This document shows, piece by piece, positions 37,654-46,317 of a stretch of DNA of 46,317 nt (its first letter is position 1; the number at the start of each line of letters is the position of its first letter). The position numbers and the translations under genes are program-made. Origin of the DNA: Fonticula alba ATCC 38817 (Eukaryota > Protista > Nucleariida); NCBI GenBank assembly GCA_000388065.2, contig KB932202.1, one strand, 5' to 3'. A model generated the notes under the pieces. It was not told the DNA's origin, ran no database searches, and saw nothing but the letters and a program-made list of their open reading frames with translations.

Positions 37654-39464
37654 CGGGGGCGGGGGCGAGGGGGTCAGTAGTGGCGGCAAAGCCGGCAAAT
37701 GTGGCATCGCTGCCGGTGCTACCCCCCCCTCCACTCTCCTTCTGGCACACAGACATGGACACTGTCCCACTCCGCCAAAAAGTGCCCCTGCGAGCAGACA
37801 TCCCCGCAGGGCCCCTCCCGCATGTGCATCGGCACGATGGGGGCGAAATTGGCAACCGAGAGGATTCGGGCAGGAGAAACGGGAAGGGGGAAGGTGGGGG
37901 AGGGAGAGGGGAAAAGAGAAACTTATGATGTCTCATTGGTAATGGAAGGCGAGAGAGAGAGAGAGAGGGAGGGAGGGAGAAATACATGACGGTGCCCAGG
38001 GCAAGGGAAGGAGGCACTCTTGAAATGGAGGAGAAGAGAAGGGGCAGGGCAATCGGTGCAAAGCACCAAGTAGGGAGGACAAAGCGTGGTGGAGAAGAGC
38101 ACACACGCCTGCGCGCGCGCGTTCGAAAGGCGTCACCAACTACAGAGCCGAGGGCGGGGGGGGAGGGGAGAGCGAGCACGACGGCCTGAAGCACTGCCCT
38201 AAAGGCAGAGTGCCGGACGAAGGGACACACACACACATGCACACACACACACACACACACACGCACGCACGCACGCACGGGGAACTGAAAGGCACACGCA
38301 CTCACACCCACACAGCAGGAAAGAGAAAGGAGGACATGCGGGAGGGGAGGGACAGACAGGGAGAGCGGGAGACGGGGGGAGGACACACACGCCAAGGAGA
38401 GGAAGAGGGGAGGGGGGTGTAGATAGGCTGACACATCGACAAGGGGAGGGGGGAGAGAGGGAGAGAGAGAGTGGATGTGCGGGTTCAACGCACTGCGAAG
38501 GAGGACAGGTCGGCCACACGGCCGCCCTGGGCTGCCAGCGCCGCGGGCGAAGGCTGCACCGAGGGCGGGGGGACAAACTCCTCATCCTCGTCATCCTCCA
38601 GGTAGGCCTCCAGCTGGGGGATCAGCTCGGCCGGCAGGGGGACATCACGCTCGACATACGAGCAGGGCACCACACCGCTGTCAAAGGGCGGGACAATCGA
38701 CTGGACACGGCACCAGCCATCGTCATACCACTCGGACAGGATAAAGTACTCGCCCTCGGTCAGGGGCAGCTGGTCATCGGCATCCCCGGCCACGGGGACA
38801 TAATCAAAGAGGGCCCGGGTGTAGGTGAAGCCGAGGGCCGCCGGGTCGATGGGCTGGCGGACCGGCGCCGGCGCCGGCGCGGGCACCGCCGCGGCCACCG
38901 TCGGCGAAAACGGGTTGCTGGTATTGTGCGCCGCGCCAGGCGCCTCGGCGGTGGCCTCCTGCAGTGCCACATAGGTGGCCGGGAAGTAGCCCGATTGCAC
39001 TGAGCCGTCGGCCATGGTGGCATTGCCAAACCACCAGTCCTATGGGACGGGGGGGGGGGGGGGGGGGGCACCAGGGGGCGATGCGAGAGGAGCCGGCGTT
39101 TGCATCCGGTGGGAGGAGAGGTGAGAGGCGATTCGTCAGTGAAGGAGCAACAACGGGAAGGGGCGGACAAGAGGCCCGGGCAAGCGGCCAGACACGCACG
39201 CCATTGCACTCCAGCACGTGAATGACCTGACCCTCGATGAGGGTCAGCTCGTTTTCGCGCGTGGCATCGAAGGAGTACAGCACATCGGCCAGCTGCAGTG
39301 GGGGGGCGGCCGGCGGCGGCGGCGGCGCGGCCTCGGGCGGGGCCACCGACGAGGAAAAGGGCTCCGGATGGGGAAGCGGGAAGGCCTCCTGCACCGGGGC
39401 CGCCGGGCTGGAGCTGGCCGAGGGCTTGCCCGACCGGGGAGGCGGGGTGGGCGCCTGGCCCGCA

Positions 39465-39496
<32 letters not shown>

Positions 39497-42400
39497 AGAC
39501 ACCGACCGGGGAGGCGGGGCGGGCGCGGCCGCCGACACCGGCGCAGGATGATCCGCTCGGGCCGGCGGCGTGGGCCCGGTATTGGCCCGAGGTGGCGGGA
39601 CAGGACCGGCGTTGGTGGTCACCGACGTCGGCCGGAAGGCCGGCGTAGGAGCAGCCACAGGGGCCGGGGCCGGAGTGCGGGCAGGCAGAGCCGGGCCTGG
39701 GACCGGGGCCGCGGCCGCGGCCGCAGCCTGACCGGTGGCAGGACCACCGCGAGCCGGGAGTGCCGGTGCCGCCGCCGCAGGCTCCGGGACCGGGGTGGGC
39801 TCGGCGGCGGGGAAGTCCGGCAGATCCAGCGAGTATGCCTCGCGGATGGGAGATGTGGGAACCGGCTGGGGCATGGCGCTGGCCGGGGGAGCCGCAGGAC
39901 GCACCGGCTGCATGGGGGCCGGGGCGCCGGAAACCGCGCCGACCATCGACAGGAGCCCCACCCCGGGGGCGCCGACGGGCACGGCCCCTCCCGGCGAGGC
40001 GGGCGATCCGGCGGCGGCCGGCGAGAGCGGCCCAGCCGGCGACGACCCCGGGGATGGCGAGGGCAGGGAAATGGCCCGCGCGCCCATGGCAGCCTTCAAT
40101 TCGGAATCCGCCCCCGTGGGCGCCAGGCGAACCGCCCCAGCAAGGGTGGCCGAACGCTCGGCCCGGGCAGCTGCGCTGCTGCTCGCCGCAGGCGGAGCCG
40201 CAAGGGCGGGCTGTGCTGCCGGCATGGCGGTCGCCGGAGCGCCGGCCGCCGGGGCCGTTGTCCCGGATGCGCTGAGCGAGGCCAACATCTTGCCGGCAAT
40301 CTCAAGCTGAGACACGGCCAGGGCCACGGTCGATTCGTGTTCGGCCGAATTGAAGCCAGACCCAGTGCCAAGGGCCTCGAGTGCATGGTTGCTGGACAGG
40401 GTGAACAGGCGATTGGAGCAGGAAGCATGCAGGGCCATGGCCCGGGCCACGCGCTGGGCCTGCTCCGTGGAGCTGGACTTGCGCGACCCGCCCACATGGC
40501 GGCCACTCAGCGAGAGACTGGTCAGCTCGGTATTCAGCACACTGATGTCCGACAGGAGGGAAACCATCTCCTCGGAGAGGGGATGAGGTGGAGCCGCCGC
40601 CGGGGCCGTCGCGGCAGCAGTGGCGCCCTTTTTGGACGAGCTGGAAGCACGACCCGGGGCAGGGGTCGAGGCTGCGGCGGCCGGGGCCGGAGCCGGGGCC
40701 GGAGCCGAAGCCGAGCGCGTCGCACTCGACGGAGCATCGAAGACCGAGAAGTCAATGGCATCGGTGGCTGGCGGGCTGGGCATGGCAGGAGCCGGCCCGG
40801 CGGACTGGGCAGCCGGCGCGGAGGTCGACCGGCCCGTATCGAAGGCGGCAAAGAAGTCAGCCGCCGGGGCAGACGGCGAGCCGCTCGGCTCGGATGTGCT
40901 GCTGGGCCCGGTGGCGAAGTTCGGGGGGAAGGCCCCGGCGGAGCTGTTGCTCCGGGAGCGCACGCCACGAGCAGCAGCCGCCGCCGGGGGGGGAGCCAGC
41001 CCGGTCCCCGCGGTCGGGGCCGCGAGCCCAGGCAGAGGGGTAGCCCCAGCTGGCAGAGCCAGGGAGGAAGGCCGGCCGGCTGATGTGGCAGCCTGTGGCA
41101 TCGACAGCTGTGGCGTGGGCATTTGAAGCTGCGGCGTAGGCATCTGAACCTGGGGGGTAGGCATTGGCTGCATCGGCTGAGTCGACATCGTCATGGGCAT
41201 TTGCTGGGCCGGGACGGTGGGCATCGGCTGCATCGGCTGCATCGGCTGCATCGGCTGCATCGGCTGCATTCCCGGATGGACCGGCTGCATCCCCGGATGG
41301 ACCGGCTGCATCCCCGGATGGACCGGCTGCATGGGCTGCATGGGATGCATGCCCGGCTGCATGGCGTACATGCCTGGCTGCATGGCATACATGCCCGGTT
41401 GCATGCCCGGTTGCATGGCATACATGCCCGGCTGCATGCCCGGCTGCATGCCCGGCTGCATGGCATACATGCCGGCCGGAACACCGGCGTAGCCCATGGC
41501 AACGGCCTGAGGCGGCACATGCGAGGGAGGCGCATGGGCCGGCAGAGGCGGCGGAACCGACCGCTGCTGACTGCCGGAACCACCCAATTGGGACATCGGC
41601 ATGGAGGCCAGGCGCTCCTTCTCCTCGCGCGCCCGGCGACTGCGCTCGAAGTCCTCGCGGGTGGCCACGAGAAGCGGGGGAGCGGCGCCGGTGCTGGCCA
41701 CGGGTGCCGGGGTGGCCGATTTGTCGGTGCCCAACGAAGTCTTGGCCCCCTGCAGAGCGGTGGAAAAGTTGGCCTCCGACCGGGGGACCAGTGCCGGGGG
41801 AAGGGTCCGCGGAAGGTTGAGCCCATGCTGCAAACGCACCGTGGCCAGGTGCATGGCGATGCAAAACTCATCAACATTGAGCTTGCCCGGGCTCGATCGG
41901 GCGGCCAGGTCGCAAATCTGCCGGCTCACGGGCGCGGCGAGCTTCATTTGCAGCAGCTGCATCATCTGATCCACCGACACGAAGCCCGAATGCCCGGCAT
42001 CCTGGCGCTGGAACAGGGCAGTGTACCGCTGCCGATCGGCCGGCGACATGGTCCAGTGGGGATCATTCTCCAGGCCGGCGGGGGAATTGGTCGAACCAGC
42101 CGAATTGGGCGGGCTGGCCATGGCACTGGGCGGGCTGGCCGGGGTCGCTGCCCGGGGCCCGCCGGCGGCGAAAGCCCGGACCTCCTGCAGCACCGACGGG
42201 GGCAGGGCCGCTGGCGAGGCGCCAGGCGGGACATTTTGGCCACGCTGGAGGCGTCCGACCAGATGCGCGGCCAGGATGAACTCCACCATCGAGAGGCGAC
42301 CATCCTGATCAACATCGCACATGGACCTGCGAAGGAGGAGGGCAGCGACAGGAGCCGGTCAGAGAGGCGAGGGGGGAGGAGGAGGGGGAGGGGGGGAGGG

Positions 42401-42636
42401 AGAGGAAAACGCACCCGATCCGAGCGACGACGTCAGCCGGGGCCGTGCCGCCGAGCATCTGCATCGAGGGCCCAACTACGGCAGGGAGGAATGTGTCAGG
42501 AGAGGCAGAGAGGCGATGGCCGGGCACGGGTGAAGGACGCACTGGAGATGGGACTACCCATGGGGCTGAGCCGGGAGAACTGGCCATGGGCCTTGTCCCA
42601 GTCAGCCTGGCTGATGAAAGTCAACGGGGAGGACAT
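35435..42636 (-). CDS. ITSN: Intersectin-like protein: 2 EH, Q/P/M-rich repeats, 2 SH3, RhoGEF (DH), PH, C2; about 1,887 aa. Exons 42636-42543, 42475-42415, 42326-39200, 39039-38494, 37479-36815, 36605-35435
   Basis: EH: CDVDQDGRLSMVEFILAAHLV and WTMSPADRQRYTALF..EFCIAMHL. SH3: ADVLYSFDATRENELTL..G|DWWFG..GYFPATYV and RALFDY..LPLTEGE..DDGWC..GVVPCSYV. DH: RRFKAIQEFISTEATYVQKL..LLEPMQRVTRYTLL..TPEAHPD. PH: LVHQGVLFK..LTNDFLL. C2: LTVRIISGRN..PRWDEEF..LTVYD..PDEFVG. Confidence 0.85.
37532..37665. repeat. Poly-G tract (pure run 37571-37653, about 83 G) in an intersectin intron; poly-C in the pre-mRNA
   Basis: Read directly; exact length may be unreliable in a draft assembly. Confidence 0.9.
41190..41480 (-). 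repeat. Coding repeat array (GMYAMQP / GMQP / GMQPVHP / MQP units) in the intersectin-like protein
   Basis: Translation GMYAMQPGMQPGMQPGMYAMQP..GMQPVHPGMQPVHP..MQPMQPMQPM. Confidence 0.9.
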
Positions 42637-45017
42637 GCTACGGGAAAGGCAGGGAGGGAGGGGGCGATGCGCCGCGAGTGAGAAAGGATCACTTGGCGGT
42701 GGGGGGAGGGGGAGGGGGGGGAAGACCAAAGGCGGCGCCCGGCCAAGTGCACGCACGCTCACCCACGCTCAGGCGTGTGCGCACGCAGCCAGGGGAGGCA
42801 GGAAGGGAGCAGGCGCGCGGGCACAAGGAGCGGCAAAAAGAGAGGGGGGTCACGCACGCTCCCCCGGCCAGTTAATGAGGAGTAGAGCACGGGGGGGGGG
42901 AGGGGGGAGGGGGGCGGAGGGAGAAGGAAAAGCGGGGAGGAGGGCAGGGAGGAGGACGGGAGGGAGGGGGAGAGGGAGTGGAGCTATCGACCCTGGGGAC
43001 CGGACCGATGATTGGGTGTTTAAAGAGATTTCCCCCTCCTCCAAGCACCTGCCAGGCCGGGCCCGAGGAAGGATGGCAAAGGTGGAGCTCCCCCCCCCCC
43101 CCCCCTCGCCCTTTGTCGCACCCCTGGCAGTCACGGGAAGGCGAAAGCGGGCAATGCCCCCCGGCGTGGATGAGCTTTTATCCAGCGAATTCCGCGGCAC
43201 GCGAATGAAGTGCCCCAGGGCCCGGGCCAGGGCCCAACAGCTCGGAACATGCCAACATCACCCCTCCATCAGCTGGCCGTGAAGGTCGAAGGGAGCGCGG
43301 GGCCGGCGGGGCTGCGGAGGAGGGGGCCACAGTCCGGCGCGCCTTCTTGCTCGGGGGGGGGGGGGGGGGGATCTGCCGAGACTCGCGGGAGCGCAACGGG
43401 GGCTGGCCCGAGGAGTCGCAATCAGATGGCCAGCTCCGGGCTATGGTCGGTTGGCGCTTCTACCCCGGCTCTCCGCCTGTCCCGCTCCGGTGCCAGTGCT
43501 GAGAGCCCCGCACAAACTCCCCCCCCCCGCCCCCCGCCCCCCTCGCGCCAAGGCCGACAAACCATCCCTTAATCTGACACCTGCCACGATCGACCATGCA
43601 CCACCCGGCCAGCCCGCCGGGGGGGCAGGGCTGGGCGTAGGGGAAACTAGTCAATTTCTCACGGGCCCACATTCCCAGCTGGTGCACGCTTCGAATGGGG
43701 AACAGACCGCGGGAGGCATGGACGATCTTTCCTGGGGCCGGCGCCAGCAGACAGACACACACACACACACACACACACACCCTGACAAGGGAGGGTAGCC
43801 CCGTTCGCTCCTCTCCTCCGGGCCAGCTCCGTACGGCGGGCCGAGGCGAGCCCGGCCGGGCGAGAACGCTCCTCGGATGTGGAGAGGGCCCCTCGGGCCT
43901 GTGTTCTCTCCCCCCCCCCCCCCTCGCGCGCACGCGCACACATCCACAGAAGATGGCTCGCCACAGAAGCGATGGTATTTCGCCCGCGGGTGAGGCCGTC
44001 TTTCTGCCCCGTCCCCCCCCCCCCTCGCCGCCCCTGGACCCGGGGGTGGCAGGGACAAGCCCCACCGACGCGAGGCGGCCGCGGGCGGCCATCTCCCATG
44101 CGTCTCTTCCCTCACTCGCACACTCGAGGCACTTCGAGAGGCGGAGGAGACGGGGGAAAGTGCATATCGCCGCACCCGAAGGGGTAACATTACGCCCGGG
44201 CTGCCGCCACCGCCACCACCGCCACCGCCACCGCCAGCTGCCCCACCCTGCCGCTTATTGGGAAGGGCCAAAAATGCCGAGAGGAACCCCCTTCATTTGT
44301 GGTGGGTTTCGAGGCGACGGATACGGAATAACAGGGTCAGTGACCGGCAGATCCCGTGGGACAGGGTGTTTTCGTGGTGTAGAATTGGCAATCTGGGGCA
44401 TCGGCATACAGCAGCACTCTGAACGCGCATTCTGGGGGCAGCCTCAGAACTGGGCGAACCTGAAGCTGGGGCGGGGTTGGAGCAAGGACAAAAGCACCAG
44501 GAAAACGAAGGGCCTAATAAAAATGTGTGATTTTTGTGCCATCTGGCCGCCTCTTGCCGGCCCTGGGCAGTTTTTCGGGGGCGATTTTCCCCCCTCCTTG
44601 CCGCGGAGAATCTTCTTGCTTGCAAAAGACACACACACACACACACACACACACGGGGATACATACATGGTCATGTATAGGGAGTTTTCGTATGTTTGGA
44701 AAAGGGGGGCGGGGGACAAGAGGGAGGTATAAAAAGAGGAGCTTCTCCACCCAGACTGCGTCGTCGCGGTCGGAGGTGGATGGATGGAAGGGAAGAGGAG
44801 AGGGCGCAGAGGAGTCCCCTCCCCGCCCTCCTCTCCTCTCCTCGGGGACGGAGAGGACCACGCGCGGGGAGTATGGCACCCACGGGCGCGTGTCTCCCCG
44901 AGCGCAGGATGATGGTGGTGGTGAGATGTGCACGCGCGGCGCGGCGCGTGGGCGCCGCCCTCGGTGTGAGGCGGCACACGCGGCGCGCCAGCACACTCAC
45001 ACACAGACGCGGGCCAT

Positions 45018-46317
45018 TTAGAAGGACTCATGGCCGCCGGAGCTGGAGCTGCCGCCGAAGAGACCCATGATCTTCTGGTAGGTGAAGCGGCAGCCATCCT
45101 TGATGTAGCTGGGCAGCGACATCCAGAACTCGGAGTTGGGAAGGATCTCAATGCCCTGCAGGCCGCGGAACTTGTAGTTGTAGAAAGCACCAATAGAGAA
45201 GTAGAGGATGAGGGTGACGAAGAAGCTGACGAGGGAGACACACACACACACAGAGACGAGAAGGGGGAGGGAGGGGAATGCGGAAGGGACAACGGGGGGG
45301 GGGGGCGAGAGTCGGTGAGTGACGGAGGGGATACACGTGAAGGGGGGAGGAGGGAGGAGGGGCACGCGTACATGATCAGGAAGACGCCACCGCCGGAGAT
45401 GCCGCCGCTGGAGCTCTTGCCAGCGCAGGCATACTTGGTCGACCAGGTGACAACATACTTGCAGGGGTCGGAATCGGAGTGACCCACGGGGACGGGGGTG
45501 CCCTGTGGGATTGTGTGTGGCCGGGCGAAGGATGAAGCATGCACGGGGAGAGAAGTAGTGCCAAGAAGGGGACGGGGCGCAAGGGGGGGGGGGGTCAGAG
45601 AGGTGGCCGATGAATGGGAGGAGGAGGCCCTGGCGGCGGCGGCGGCGGCGAAAGTGTGCGTACCTCGCCAGAGCCACAGGTGAAGATGACATCCACATTG
45701 TAGGGATTGTTGAGCATGCAGTAGTCACCCTGGTTGAGGTTGATGGTGACAATGGTGTCTGTGGGCGTTGGGCGTTGGGGGGGGGGGGGGGGGGGGGCGG
45801 AGGCAGTCAGCAAGCCGGGACACACATGTGCAGGCAGCCGGGAGCCGCCCGCCAGTGGCACACGCCAAGCAGGAAGGGCAGCAGGGGACCGCAAAGGTGT
45901 GCATGTATGTGCACGCCGTCGACAAACCGAACGCACCCTCCGGGTTGGACTTGCTGGACCCGTACTGGCTAGCATAGTTGGTGAAGTAGCTGCCCTGGTT
46001 GAGGCAGGCGTAGCTGGAGCTGTCGCAGACAGACTGCTTCAGCGGGGCGCAGGGGTTGATGGAGAGGTCACCGTCGGCGCTGGTGACAGTCCAGTCCCTG
46101 GAGAGATCGTCAAGTGGGCGGCAGAAGGCCGGGTGCGGGGTTTGGGTCAGAGGCCGAGTGCGGGCACGGGGCCGGAGGCCCGGGCGTCAAAAGTGTGCAT
46201 GCGCGTGTGTTGGCGCGTGCATCGGGGTCGGGGGAGGGGGGGGGGGGAGAGCGTAACGGAGGCGCCGGGGGAGGATCTCGGGCCCGTCGCGCATGTGCTT
46301 ACAGAACTTGATTCTTG
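45018..46317 (-). CDS. Mannose-6-phosphate-receptor-homology (MRH) type I membrane protein (CD-MPR/ATG27-like); 5' end outside the window. Exons >46317-46303, 46097-45937, 45758-45664, 45502-45372, 45225-45018
   Basis: Cys-spaced luminal domain (INPC..C..AC..GDYC..VIFTC..DPCKYVVTWSTKYAC); GISGGGVFLI|IFFVTLILYFSIGAFYNY transmembrane segment; tail GIEILPNSEFWMSLPSYIKDG typical of this family. Splice phases consistent. Confidence 0.8.

Noticed and set aside
41193-41492. GCIGCIGCI / GCMPGCM Cys-rich metallothionein-like ORF
   Set aside because: Reverse-strand reading of the MQP repeats of the intersectin-like gene.
39218-43282. Long + strand ORFs (621 and 719 aa), and similar ones at 7672-8673, 26005-27420, 27501-28937
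   Set aside because: Antisense shadows of GC-rich coding exons with few stops; no recognisable domains.
44428-44450. Short hairpin TTCTGGGG-GCAG-CCTCAGAA
   Set aside because: An 8-bp stem with a G-U pair is common by chance in GC-rich DNA.

Overview
Very GC-rich, intron-containing eukaryotic draft DNA with 7 N-gaps, long poly-G/poly-C tracts and microsatellites. Gene content (intersectin-like, HRI-like kinase, XRCC2) and heavy low-complexity insertions suggest a non-animal opisthokont protist such as Fonticula; this is inference, not verified. I spliced ten protein-coding genes by hand: a 5'-truncated divergent cullin (+), RPF1 (+), XRCC2-like RAD51 paralogue (+), a BSD-domain/HAL2-like pseudophosphatase fusion (-), a secreted PA-M28 aminopeptidase (+), a peroxisomal ABCD half-transporter (-), a ~3,200-aa HRI-like eIF2alpha kinase (-), NIT2-like omega-amidase (-), an intersectin-like EH-SH3-RhoGEF-PH-C2 protein (-) and a 5'-truncated MRH-domain receptor (-). 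No tRNA, rRNA, transposon or CRISPR array was recognised. The most unusual observations are: (1) a SYAP1-type BSD domain fused in frame to an apparently dead HAL2/SAL1 phosphatase; (2) a ~1,740-aa kinase insert in an HRI-like kinase; (3) Cys-based metal-binding modules inserted into XRCC2 and into the ABCD nucleotide-binding domain; (4) a 5' splice-site consensus with C rather than A at +4 (32 of 39 inferred donors); (5) two EH domains both lacking the NPF-pocket Trp. Family assignments are from remembered motifs, not database searches.
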